Below, piece after piece: positions 37,161 through 50,609 of a stretch of 64,000 nucleotides of DNA. A program made the position numbers and the translations under genes. Within the stretch, counting starts at the first letter, position 1. Each line of letters opens with the position of its first letter. Origin of the DNA: Sphyrna mokarran (lineage: Eukaryota); the NCBI GenBank assembly GCA_024679065.1, contig JAGIQG010000040.1, forward strand, positions 3,410,001-3,474,000, given 5' to 3'. The notes under the pieces are model-generated. The model had not been told where the DNA came from. It did not search any database and worked only from the letters and a program-made list of their open reading frames with translations.

Positions 37161-39061
37161 TGTCGTTTGTCTTTAAGTGAATGTATTTAGAAAACTGCAG
37201 ACACCGGGAATATATTTCCGCTGGTTCTACCTGTATTGAGGCTCGGTGTCTCCTTCTTCTCTTTCCGCTCATGTGTCATAACATTCAATGTTTGGAGTTG
37301 GGTACGCCGCCAGTCTCCTGAAATTCGGGCAATAACTGATCCAATCGCACAAACTGCAAAGTTTGAAATTTCAAACGGAACAATGATATTCAGAAGGAAG
37401 TAACATGTATCATTCAATAGCATCAATGCACAATGCCGCGATTCATACAGAGTGTGTGCGAACGTGCAGTAATCACTGACACTGCCGAAAATTCGGATTG
37501 TTTTAATTTAAGAGCAATAGATTGAAGCTCACTGATGTCGTATGCATGACATAACGAACACAGAATGTGACACACATTGATAACTTGCAAGGAATATATT
37601 GTACATAACGAATCTTCTATCAATGTTTAGTTCAAGCAGGATTTTTAGAATACGGATTAATATTACACAAATTCAAAGATGTTTATAAGTTTATAATATG
37701 ACTTATGGACAATTCTGCTAAACTTTCAATTAGCACTTGTTCAGCAATTTTTTTTTTACCTTATGTCCTCATTGTGAACATAACTTGAAAAATCAGTCTT
37801 CCAATGAATGAAATGCTCATTCTGTCACATTTACCCGAATGAAGCTTCCTTGAGGAAAAAAGAGCACCGTTGTCAGTTTAACCGCTAACGTTATTGTAAA
37901 GCTAGCTCGGGAGGTGGAACTCCTCGCTGCTGCCATAACTGGGATGAGCAGGTGCGGTCTCAGTTACCTCAGTCAGCTGCAGGTGCACTTCCGGTTCTAA
38001 CGACAGTTTCTCATCTACATGTAACGCCTGATGGAAACAGGGACTGAGTGTAAGGGTGTGCATAAAAAAAATTCAGCTGCTACAAATGCTACTGAGACCA
38101 CAGATTTCCGCTCGAAGTTCATTCTGATGATCACATTACTTAATTCAATTTCAAGTGATTGAAAAATAAATTGGACTAATCAAGGTCGGAACAGAGAAGG
38201 AGAAACGTTTTAATAGGGCATATGAAACACTAACATATTGTGTAAAGTCAGTGTTAGAGACTAAGAAAAACTCTCAGCATTTTATAGTGTTCATTATCAG
38301 CAGCAAATTCACCAGATAAATCATTAAAAGTTAAGCTGCAAACCGGAAACAAATACATTTCGCATGTTATAGCCAATTGGTACTTCCACAATGTATTGTC
38401 TCGAAAATTACATCCCTTATCGAGAAAACAATGTATCTGCGAGAACGTCACTCCATTAATTAGTCAGAGGGCCACGTTTATCTTCCACACAGTAGATTCA
38501 ATTCTAACATTTGAAAGCGCTAAAGGTTACAATAACAAAGTCCGTGATTGAGAATTAATATCAGTAATGGTGATCGTGAATTTTCATCGCTTGACATGGA
38601 AAATTAATTTACTCAGCAAGGATACCACCATGTTTCCTTAACCAGACCGACATAGTAGACCGACATAGAGCAGTAACTGCTTGCAGCAGTTGTGGACTGG
38701 CGCCAACTTTAAGGGCGTTCACATGGTCAGTGCATAGGCATATAGATAACATTGGAATAGTTTAAGTTAGAGGGTCATTAGATTGGTTCCACTGGTCGGT
38801 GCAACACTGAGGGCCCAAGGGCCTGTACTGCGCTGTAATGTTCTATGTTCTATAACATGCGACTCCAGATTGACTTTTAACAAATCTCTGAACCCAGTAG
38901 CAAGCCATTTATTTTCAGGACAATTAAGGAATCCATGGAATGCATGCGGTTCCTGCAATGCAGAGGGTGGCCATTTGGCCCATCTCTTCTGTGCACATTC
39001 GCCGAAAGAGCATGATGACAGATCCACCACGCGGTAATGCCACATATCACCTCGAATTGTT

Positions 39062-39100
39062 AGTTTTTGTACGAGAGTTAAAGCTCGATGTAACGCGGTG
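39062..39100 (-). other. 23-RSS with variant heptamer
   Basis: CACCGCG + 23 bp + ACAAAAACT. Confidence 0.8.
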
Positions 39101-39751
39101 CTTCATCGCCGCGCAGTAATACATGGCTGAGTCAGAAAGCTGAGTGTCTGTGATGTTCAAAGGGATGTTTGTACTAGTTCTATTCTGTACAGCAGAAAAC
39201 CGTTTTCCAAATGCCGGCGCATTCTTGTCATTACCAGCAGTATGTCTGGTCAGCATGTATTGAAGACTCTGTCCCGGGTATTGTACATACCAATACAGGT
39301 AAGCTGCTGTGTATGTGGCGGGGTAGCGACAGGACAACACCACGGTATCCCCTTCACTTACTGCTACTACTGCGGGCTTTTGGAAAAGTTCATCCACCCG
39401 GGTCTGCGCTGGAAAAAAATAACTGAATGTGACAAACGTAACTTTTAGATGTGTTTTTGATTTAAAATGAAACACGTTTTGAGCACAATTTCTCTCTCTC
39501 TCAAACTCATGCACTCTTACAGACGAAAATGCATACATTATTTCTCTCTTGCTCTTTCTATCACATTCAATCACAAAAACATATTCTCTCTTTCACCATA
39601 ATAGGTTCTCTAATACAGACAAATGTATATACAGTTATAAACAGATAGACACAGAAATTCACAAAACACAGGGACACGAACAAAGATACACAAACATCCA
39701 TACACAGTGAGCCAGACGCAGAAATATAGCCAAACACATCGATACAGATAC

Positions 39752-39786
<35 letters not shown>

Positions 39787-40323
39787 CAAACACGCACAAC
39801 ACACGCACAAACACACACAGAAAATGCACACAAACAGACAGAACACTTACACAGATATAGAAACAATAACGCAGGCTCTTATTCACTAATCTTCTGAAAT
39901 TTAGCGATGGACTGCATTCCGTGAGTAAAATTAAAATGGGGGAAATGTCCAGAGATTTGTTTCCTTAGTTAACTGGCTCAAGGCTATTAACATTGCAATT
40001 TTCTTCTGGTTATATTCATCAGCCAAGATTACTCTTCTGGGGAAAACAAAAACCCTTCTCCAGACCTGCCATTGAAACAGAGACATTCCAATTTTATTTT
40101 CCATTAAATGGATTCGGGGCATTCATTTGTCCAAGAACAAAACTTGAGGAACAATGGCGTTCCCAATAAAGAGAATAAATATTAGAGGAAAATAAAAAAA
40201 AACAATGAAATAAAACGGTGATAATCGCCCAAAGTACTTACTCGTTTGAAGGACCATGAGCAAAAATAATAGGTTGGTGGATATTGTTCTGGGCCAGCAA
40301 TCAGAGTAAGAATCAGAAAGCAT
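39101..40323 (-). CDS. TCR alpha/delta-type V segment; V exon 39408-39101, candidate leader exon 40323-40242
   Basis: QTRVDELFQKP...LSCRY...YWYVQYPGQ...SDSAMYYCAAMK after a phase-1 acceptor. The upstream exon MLSDSYSDCWPRTISTNLLFLLMVLQT ends in a phase-1 GTAAGT (leader less certain than the V exon). Confidence 0.82.
39680..39860. repeat. (CA)n-rich tract in the putative leader intron; another TG/GA tract at 40505-40590
   Basis: Direct inspection. Confidence 0.9.
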
Positions 40324-40527
40324 GTTTGTGCTAAATATTGCGTCCAAATTCTATGGTGTATTGAAATGTACACTGCATATTCAATCAATTTGTTACATCC
40401 TATTACCATATTTACCAGCATATGACCATGAATCCCTTACACAGCATGCAAATTGCCAGCGAATTTTTCTGTCGTGTCCAGACAGCCAATTGGTGCGTTG
40501 TTGCGGCTGTGTGTGTGTGTGTGTGTG

Positions 40528-40569
<42 letters not shown>

Positions 40570-42179
40570 TTGTGAGAGAGAGAGAGAGAGATTGGAGTGG
40601 GGAGAAGAGAAGAGGCGGCATGGAGCGGTTGGGGACTAGAGGGGTGGGTTTAAAGGTTATCATGGAGGGAGATCTTGCAACTATCATATGCTTCGATAGT
40701 TTGATATAGCAACAGTGCAAGTTTCAGGTGTCAGTAGTGACCACGTGTTCAGGAAGTTAGTCCAAATGTAGCTACTGGCTAACCACGTTTCGAAGCTGAG
40801 GTTGAGGAGATTCAAGTTGGAGCATCTTCATAGCTCAGCAAGTCGTCGATAGCACATTCAGAACGTGACCATACCGCAGGAGAAGGTTGAAAAGGCAGAA
40901 AGCCCATAAGTGACCAATAGGAGAATTGAGGAAGAAAGTTCAGGGGTCGCCAGTGGGCATCTAGCAGATATAACGTTTTGGCTACTTTTTTTTCATGATT
41001 GAAGGGGGAGGGGGTGGCAGTCAACTTTCTGTTGACATGCACGGGCCTGTGCACAACGGGGAGGAGAAAAACTGCATTTCTATACAGGGAAGAATTCAAT
41101 TCTAAGGGGAAATGAATTGGCATGCTGTCTTGTGTCAGGGTCAAAATGTCACTAACCACTGCAAGTTTTTCTGAAGGTGGTGTGGGTTTGGGGGAGGGTG
41201 GTGGTGGGGGGAGGGATGGGGCCCTGGCGTACAGAAATCGTGGAAAGCATTGATTTCAACTAAATAGTAGAATAAGAGAGGGAACCCTGCAAGCAGAGTT
41301 CAGGGAGCCAAGAAGTAGATCAAATAAAACCCCCAGAATTTAGTAATCTCTGGATTACCCCGGTGCCACGTGTATGTGAGTTTAGAAGTAGGCGGTTTGT
41401 TCAGAAGAACGGGTGTCTGGAGAAAAGGTGCAGGAGTGATGTCTTCAGACTTCCAGGACACTGGGGCTGTTGTGGAAGACGGTGGGACCTATGAAAGAAG
41501 GTCCATCTGCAACGGAACCAAAATGGGGACGGCTACCAGTACATTGGTTTCAATATTCCTAAATTCCCTCGATGCAGGAATAGTTATGGTGGTTTGAAAA
41601 TATGTTAATACAACGTCCTAACTCTTTGAAATCAGTTTAACGGACATAATCAAATCCGAAATTGTTTATCCCGCTCACAAGTGCAGCTTATTTTGTTTAA
41701 AGTTAGAACCCTAAAAGGAATTGTTTTTCTCAAGTAAAGGAGCGTCTCATTTTAAATCCGCACTAGGTTGGAATGTAAAACAGTGAAAGTAATGTCCACA
41801 GAAGGTCAGATTTGCCTCTGTCAAAAGAGAAACAGATGATCAGGTAACGGCTTTCTGATCTTTCATCCGAACTGGAATAGATAGAAATGTAATACTTTAT
41901 TACCAAGCGAAAAAGGAGGCACTTCACAGCCAGGAGAAACCAAAACTGAATTCAACAATTGATATATTAATCACGGTCTCATTTTCTTTCCCGTTTCTTT
42001 ATTCATTTATTTTTTCTCTTGCTTTATGTTGCTTGAATCCCGTCCCGCAATCCTCGCATTGTCACAGTTTCTCCTTAGTTTGGTTGTGCATTTTTTTCCT
42101 TCGATAAGTCGGATTTTTGCAGAGGTATTGGTCACTAACAGAAGACACGTTGCATTTCACCCCACTCTGAACTGTGCTT

Positions 42180-43335
42180 AGTCATAGAGTTGCACAGTAC
42201 AAGAGAGATGGGTTGGCCTGTCGAGCGTACAACGACAATAACTGCCGCTGGAATCGTGCCATTTTCGAGCACTTGTCCCATATCATTGAAAGCTCTGATT
42301 TTTCAAGTGTTCATCCAAATACTTTTTAAAGTTTGTAACTTTTCCGGTCTCCATTATCTTCCCAGGCACTGTGCTGCATATTCCCATCAACCTCTTCGTG
42401 AAAAAAAATCTTAGCTGCTGAATCTTCTGCCCCTTAGTTTAAAACTGTGCCCCCTAGCGATTAACCTCTCAACAAAGGGGAAGAGGTGTTTTCTGTTCAA
42501 TCTTTCCATGAACCTCAAACTTATACGCCACAATTAGCCTTCGCACTCACTCAGCCTTCTCTGCTCAAAGGAAAACAATCCAGTCCCAACCACTCTATTC
42601 TTTTCGCTCAAATGTCTCCCCAGGAAAAAATTTATTGAATTTGCTCCGTCCCCTGTTGCTATAGTGAGCTGTCCAGAACAGTACACAGCACTCTAGCTAT
42701 GGCCCAATCAACGTTCTGTAGAACTCTAACGTTACCTCCTTGTTGTTATGTTCTTTGCCACGACTGATCAAAATAAGTGTCCCATAAGCCATCGTAAGTA
42801 TCCTATTCGCTTGCTTTGCCATTTCAGGGATCTGTTTATAAATATCCCAAATTCACACGTTCCTCTGAACTTCCTAATGTCCTGTTATTCATTAAATACA
42901 CACTTATGTTGCTATTTCTTCCAAAAGGCATCACTTCACACTCATCAGGTTTATACACCATCTGCCATTGTTCGGTTAATTAGGCCAACTCACCTATATT
43001 ATCCTTCAACTTACAGCTTTCGTCATCAATATTAACCACTCAAACAATGTTGGTGTCAGCTGCAAACATGCTTATAATTCCCCTCAAATTATCATCTATT
43101 TCCATTTATGTTTATGAAAAAAAAACCCAAGACAGGCCATTGTGCTCCGGCCTCATTCATTTGAACTCTCTTCTATCACTATTCTGTGTCCTATTACCAA
43201 GTCATTTTCGGATGCATTTCTAACAGTTTCCTTGAACTCTATCTGCTTCTATATTCTCAATCAGTTTCCCTTGTGGGACTTTTTCAGTGGCTTTGCTAAA
43301 ACAAAATAAACTACTTCAGCTGCACTTTCTCATTC
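42180..43335 (-). mobile_element. Old CR1 fragment
   Basis: Reverse-strand similarity to CR1 RT and 3' end. Confidence 0.65.
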
Positions 43336-44909
43336 ATGGAAGGAACTTACAATGTGCAGCTTGAAAGAGGCATAATTTGACATGCGAGTCATGTGTGTGA
43401 TGTGATTCTTCTTCAAAGTTGTTTTGTTAATGTTACAAATTTGACTTTTCCAGCTCTGATACAGTTTCATTCAGTTGGAAGATTAACCTAATTTCTCTCT
43501 TCACAGACCCTGTGAGTCATGTTTTCATTAAAGGAGAAAGTAAATAAAAAGTTATTCACTCCATGACTAGGAATTGAACCTGGAGCCATTGTGTCGAATT
43601 CTGATCATTATACCCTCAGAGAAGCTGATGCGAGACATTGGAAATGAGGCGATCATCTCTGTACCCATTGCTTTAATTCAAAAAGTTTCACCAAAGACAC
43701 AGTCACAATGAAGAATGATGGGAAGTGTACATGACAGGATTTGAACTTCACTTAGAAAATCTGAATCCATTGTCTTAATCCCTGGAACCAAAGGAGAAAA
43801 CGCTGGAAAATCTCATCAGGTCTGGTACCATCTGCAAGGAGAGAAAAGAGCTGAATCTTCGAATCCAGATGACCCTGGTCAAAGATTCAAGCAGTAATTT
43901 GCTTTTATCCAGACCTTAACGCCCTGGGCCGGGACTCCAAGGGTAACGGATGAACTGTATTTTTCAAACTGACATACCCTACCGTATAATGGTGATCACG
44001 TTGTTAGTACTGCTCCTGCACAGTGGAGAAATAAGCGTTTGATTCCTGGTTTGGATCACTGTCCGTGTGGAGTCTGAACATTCTCCCTGTGTTTGCGTGG
44101 TTTTCTTGCCTAATTTCTTCTTGTTCTAATTTCTTCCCAGAATCCAAAGATGTGCATGGTAGTTGGATTGACAATGCTAATTTTTTTTGGCAGTCTTCTT
44201 TAAAAAGCTGCCCGGTGTGGCAACCAGTGGATTTTCAAAGCAACTTCATTGAAATTTCAACGTATGCTGACTTACAACACGACTAAATAAACTTTAAAAA
44301 TACATCTCTGCTTATTATTTTCATCTTAGATCATATTCGATCAGAATTTCCTGTTTAGATGGGATATAAATGGCTCCTTCCGCGAATGATAACACCGATT
44401 GTGTTTGCTGGGGCATGAAGTCGACAATGAGATGAAATAGTCTCACAAGATGTTGAAGTCATCGAGGTCTATAAAATTCTAAAGGGAACTAATAGAGTAA
44501 ATGTAGACCAAATGTTTCCTGTTTGGGGCAATCTAGGACAAGAAGTCACAGGTATAGGTGGAGAGGGGGTAGATTTCAACCTGAAACGAGCAGGAAATAC
44601 TTCTCACAGAGATTGTTGCATCTCTGGAATTCACTGCCTCATTGCATGGTGGATTCTGAAGGATTGAATGGTTTCAAAAAGAATGAAGATATATTTCTGA
44701 TTTCAAAAAATGGCTAAAGGAAAATGAGAAACAGATGATGGATTGGATTTGAGACCAGGGGAAGATCAGCCATGATCTGATTGAATGACAGAGCTAACTA
44801 GAAGGGCTGAATTTGCCTACTTGTGCTTTGGATTCCTACCTTTCTATATTACTGAGTGGAAATTTCAATTCTCAAGACCCAACCAAACTCATCAATGTGG
44901 CTTCAGAGT

Positions 44910-46113
44910 ACATAGAACATAGAACATTACAGCACAGAACAGGCCCTTCGGCCTTCGATGTTGCGCCGACCAATATAAAAAGCAATGCCCCTCCAAACTA
45001 AACCATTCCCTTCTCTTCCATATACTTATCAACTAACCTCTTAAACGCCACCAAACTTGGCGCATCTACAACTGCTGCAGGCAGGGCATTCCACTCCCGA
45101 ACCACCCTTTGGGTAAAGAACCTACCTCTGATATCCGTCCTATAACTATCACCCCTTAATTTAAAGCTGTGTCCCCTCGTGCTAGCTTTCTCCATCCTAG
45201 GAAAAAGGCTATCACTGTCCACCCTATCTAAACCTCTAATCATCTTATATGCTTCAATAAGATCCCCTCTTAGCCGCCTCCTTTCTAACGAAAACAACCT
45301 CAAATCCTTCAACCTCTCTTCATAGGACCTGCCCTCCATACCAGGCAACATCCTGGTAAACCTCCTCTGTACCCTCTCCAATGCCTCCACATCTTTCTTA
45401 TAATGTGGGGACCAGAACTGCACACAATACTCCAAGTGCGGCCGCACTAGAGTTTTGTACAGTTGCAACATGACGTTGCGGCTCCGAAATTCAATCCCCC
45501 TACCAATAAAAGCTAAGACTCCATATGCCTTCTTAACAACCTTCTCGACTTGACTGCCTACTTTCAGGGATCTATGCACATACACACCAAGATCCCTCTG
45601 TTCATCAAGACTACTAAGAATCCTACCATTAGCCCTATACTCTACACATTTATTATTTCTGCCATAGTGCATTACCTCACACTTTTCCACATTAAACTCC
45701 ATTTGCCACCTCTCGGCCCAGCTCTGCAACTTGTCCAAGTCCCTCTGCAAACTATAACACCCCTCTTCACTATCTACCACTCCACCGACTTTAGTGTCAT
45801 CTGCAAATTTACTAATCCATCCTTCAATACCCTCATCCAGATCATTTATAAAAATTACAAACAGCAGGGGCCCCAAAACAGACCCCTGAGGTACACCACT
45901 TGTCACCGAACTCCACGATGAATATCTCCCATCAACCACCACCCTCTGTCTTCTATCTGCTAGCCAATTCCTAACCCAATTAGCTAAATCACCCTCTATC
46001 CCATACATCTGCATTTTCTGCAGAAGTCTTCCATGGGCCACCTTATCAAACGCCTTACTAAAGTCCATATATACCACATCAACCGCCTTACCCCCATCCA
46101 CCTCTTTAGTCAC
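44910..46113 (-). mobile_element. Young 5'-truncated CR1 with uninterrupted 371-aa RT frame
   Basis: [32 protein letters not shown]; (gttctat)n tail. Confidence 0.97.
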
Positions 46114-46518
46114 TAGTAATCTATATACAGTATATGAGCCAGTTCCCCTTTATCCAATCATATGTGAGAGGTGGAAAGAACATCAGAAAGGCTTCATCCT
46201 GCATTGTAATCACTTTGTGACTCTCTGTTTCCTTCATCTAATCTCCCCTGACTTCCACCCTACCAGGTGATATATTCGCCCCCCCCACCACCGCCCCCCC
46301 CCCTCCGTTTTCATATTAATTGTTCAAAACTTTCTACATTTTTAAGCATTGTCAGTTTCAATGAAAGGACATAGAGATGAAAGATGAGCGTTGTTTCTTT
46401 GTGCACACACGTTGTCTAACTTTCTGAGCTTTTCAACATTTTCACCTTTCACTGCAGATGTAAGATCAGCTTTGGGTGATAATGAAAATATGGTTAGATG
46501 GCAAGGGATATCAGTGAC

Positions 46519-46608
46519 GGCTCCTTGGCCTAGGGCTATGGTTCTCGCGTTGGGTGCTAAAATTCTCAAGGTTGCGAGAGGTACCCGGTTCAAATCCTAC
46601 ACCAGCCC
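46519..46608 (+). tRNA. tRNA-Pro(TGG)-like gene with 18-nt insertion after position 37; degenerate
   Basis: ggctccttggcctagggctatggttCTCGCgtTGGg[tgctaaaattctcaaggt]tGCGAGaggtacccggttcaaatcc...agccc. Confidence 0.7.
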
Positions 46609-46789
46609 ACATTTAGCTACTGTTTCTTTCTGGGCAAGGTTCTCCTTTTGTAAATTAATTTTCCTTGCACAGAGTGGGATGGCTTCACTTGTGTTTTGGT
46701 TTGAGAACCTGAGCACAATCTGACACCTAGCAGACTCACAAATAAATCAAGACACTTTCAAATGGTAACTATATTTAGAAACACGAATT

Positions 46790-49700
46790 CAGAGGGTCTC
46801 ATGCCTTCAAACGACCTCCCACATTGCGGGATGCTCGGGAAGCAGTTGCGGATCCATTTGCTGAGTTATCTGAATCATCAACAGCCATAGGTGAGATGCA
46901 GAAGATTGGAGAGTGGCAAACGGTATGTTTTTGTTTAAAAAGGGCTGCAGGGAATTACAGGCTGATGAGCCTGTAGTATGTAAGTTGTTAGAAGGTAGTC
47001 TGAATGATAGGAGCTACAGGCATTCAAAGATGCAAAGACTAATTAGGGGTAGTCAGCATACCTTTGTGAGTGAAAAATCATGTCTCACAAATTTGATTGA
47101 GGTTTTTTGAAGGGAGAGCCAAAAAGGTCGACGTTGTCCACATGGTTTTGAGCAAGGCATCTGACAAATTACTGCATGGCCAAATGTTACATAAGGATAA
47201 AATGGATAAAAAATTGGCTTGATGACAGAAGACAGAGAGTGGTTGTAGAAGGTTCCTTTCAAATTGGATTCCTGTAATTAGCTGTGTGCCTCAGGGTCGG
47301 TGCTGTTTCCACTGTCATTTTTCATTTATATTAATGATTTGGATGAGAATTTAGATGGGATGGTTAGTAAGTTTGCAGGTGTTGTCAAGGTAGAAGGCAT
47401 AATGAACAGTGAAGAACGTTATCGAGGATTGCAGCGGGATCTTGATCAACTGGGCCAGTGGACTGACAAATGCCAGATGTAGTTGATTTGACATAAATGT
47501 GAGGTGATGCATTTTGGTAGATCGAACCAGGACAGGCTTGCATAGTTAATGGTAGGGCGTTGGGGGAGAGTTACAGAATGAAGAGATCTAGGTGTGCACA
47601 TTCAGGCACCTTGAAATTTTAGTCAAAGGTGGACAGCTCTTTCGTTCATTGATTCTGTATTTTTCTGTAACCATTATATCTCTAATTCCTTCCAGTTTAA
47701 TCGCATATTGTACATGTTTCTCAGTGTCCCCGCAGGTTGCAGGACCTCAGCTGTTTTTCCCAAGTACTCTACTTGTAAAACCAATGGCTGTTTTTGCCTC
47801 ATCACAGCTCAGGCTGCGAGTTCTGTAAACTACAGTCTAGGTGAAATTAGTTAATGCTTAACTCCCTTTAATCCTGCTATTAATTCGGTTACATTGCATA
47901 GTTTAATTTGCTGTAACTCTGTTGTAACGATTTTGGAATGCCTTTAGGCCAACTTGCATTATTAAGACTTTACAATAATCTAGCATAACAGTCTAGATTA
48001 AATTGTACACAACCCTAAGCCACCTGCACCTCATCTTAACCCAGTGTCCCCTCGTGACTAATCATTCCGCTCAGTGGAACAGCTGCTGTTTGCCCCCGGA
48101 TCTATATCCCTCATAACTAAAAGGACAATGCCGAGACTACGCAGGAACCAACTTTTCCTCTTGGCGTAGAGATCCATGACTAGGAATAAACATTTCATGT
48201 AATTGGCACGACGTTTAGAGGGGATGTGAGGAAAACAACTTTTCACCTAGGGGGTGATGGGAGCCTCGAAATCACTACCTGAAAGGATGATACGGGGTGG
48301 GGTGTGTGTGAGTGGAGTGGGTTGGGGGGATGTGCGGGGCAGCGACCTTCTTAACATTGATTAAGTATTCCGATAAGTACTGCGATGCAAAAATATACAT
48401 AGTACTGGACCAAGTACTGGAAAACGGGATTAGAATTGAGAGGTGGTTGTTTGATCGGCGGGGATATGATGAGCTGAAGGGACGTTACTGTTTGATTTAT
48501 GACTTGGCAATTTCTGCCGTGAAAAATGATTATTTCTGGACATTGAAGCCAGCGATCTGAGTTCATATCTTGGTGAAACTTAGCTTTTTTTTTTGCTAAA
48601 GTCGATGATTGCTTTGCTGAAGAACATTTTATTTAAAAGTGTCAGAAAGTGGAGTTCGGAACACTGAAATTTTTTCAGCAAGTTCTATCGCAGTTGCATT
48701 GCAAGTGATGCAGCGAATGATTCTCCTAGCGTCATTGTATCAGCTCCAAAGGACGATTGTTCAAGTATAGAAAGAGTTCTGAAGCAGAGATGTCACAGAG
48801 AGTAAGGGGTCCACTACAGATGTTATCCACCCACTCATCTGTCCCAATTTAAATAAGAGATGGGATGGTGAAACTCCAGAATGCTATGGAACCAACTCTA
48901 ACTTACACACACACACACACTTTCTAAATAATTGCCAGGCCACGGTCGAATGGTTGTTGTTGTGTGAAACCAACTGCTCCTTTCTTTCCACAGAGGCGTT
49001 AAATAGCAGTAAAAAAATTACACTGATGTTGTCAGAGGCTCAGCAATGTGCGCTGTATTCCCACTTTAACTAACTGACAAACTGTCCTCTCAATTGGTAC
49101 TTTGTGAGAAATTTAAGTGAGATGTCCTTTAGCAAATTAATTATCAGCATTGGCAAGGAAAAGCAAGTCTCTGTTGAAATATGAATTCTGATTGCAGTAG
49201 TCAAAGCCCAGCGTGTTCACCGCAGAACTCAGAACGGACCAGTTATTGTAAATGTCACACAGAGCAGTTGACCACTTCCATTCAATATGTCCAACAGAGC
49301 AAGTTGACAACAATGTGACATTATACACCACCATCTATGGAATCTAAGGAAATTTGGCAGAATGAATCCAGAATTGTCTGAGTGGCATGGAGCAGAGGAG
49401 GATGGTCGAGGGCTATTTTTTCAGATTGAAAGCCAATGGTCATTGGGGTGCTGAAGGGATCAATGTTGGGGTACTTGCATCAGTGGTTGATATGAAGTTT
49501 TGAGTTGGCTTTGAATGTAGGAGCCTTGATCAATAAGTTTCCGGATGATATGAACATCGGTGGAGTAGTAGAAAGAAGGATGTCTTTTGATCATCGGAGG
49601 ATATAAATGGACTGATCAGATTTGCCTGCTCAGTGGTAAATGGAATTTGTTCCGGATCAGTGTGAGGTGATGCTCTCTTTCATAACAAAAGAGGAAAGGG

Positions 49701-50000
49701 AAATCATGATAAATAGCAATACCCAGGGGGGCCTTGATGTGCATGTACAATGGTCTCCTAATGTCGGAAAACAGAGGGATAAAGCAGTTAATAAGGCATT
49801 TGGTATATTTGCCTTTTCGAGCCGAGGCATAGAGTTCATGAGAGCAGGAAACTGATATTGCAGCTATTACAAACAATACTGCAAATAATTTGCAGTATTA
49901 CAAACTACAAATAGTTGGTGTACAGCGTGCAGCTCGGCAATCCACTTCGCAGGAAAGATGCGATAGCAAAGGAAAAGCTGCAGAAGAGATGCACACAGCT
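46790..50000 (+). mobile_element. Several decayed CR1 fragments (about 46790-47600, 48100-48500, 49330-50000)
   Basis: KSCLTNLIEVF, IYINDLDEN..VSKFAG, KAFGIFAFS pieces. Confidence 0.7.
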
Positions 50001-50609
50001 ACTACCAGGGCTGTGGAATTTTTGTTATCAAGTGTGATTGCATCGACTGGGGAAACCACGGTCCTTACCAGGCCCGGTCTACACGTGACTCCAAATCCCC
50101 CTTGATATCGTTCATTTTTAACTGCATTGTGAAAGGGATGAGCAAGCTATTGATTTGAATGGTAATCAGAGATGATTTTCAAACGCTGGCCCGGCTAGCG
50201 ATGCCCACATCTTATGAACGAATGAATGAAAAACAAAACTAATATTTTGTTTGATTTCTTGTCGAACATAGTGACATATCGTGTATACTATTATTTAAAA
50301 TTTTTCTTTAAGGCATGTGTGGTTCAGACAGAAAAACTGATGCACTTTGACCCAAAGACAATACGCAGCAGTTGTTGACAATCCCATATCACAACAGAAA
50401 TTTTTGAAAAACTGAAGAAAATAGAGTGAAATAGAGTGAATGCTTCAGGACGGTGATATTTTATCAGGGAAAATTCAGATATTTAGTTGTTTACTAACCA
50501 GTGCAGAGTCAGGGAAAAGATAGAGGGGAAGGAGGAACAAACAAATGGTCTTATGATAGGAGGGAAGGCTGGAGTTATTATATGACAAGGGGAATGATGC
50601 TAAGAGACA

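Noticed and set aside
39500-39540. Short ATG...GTAAGA as leader of the 39-kb V
   Set aside because: Only six codons and phase 0, incompatible with the phase-1 acceptor.
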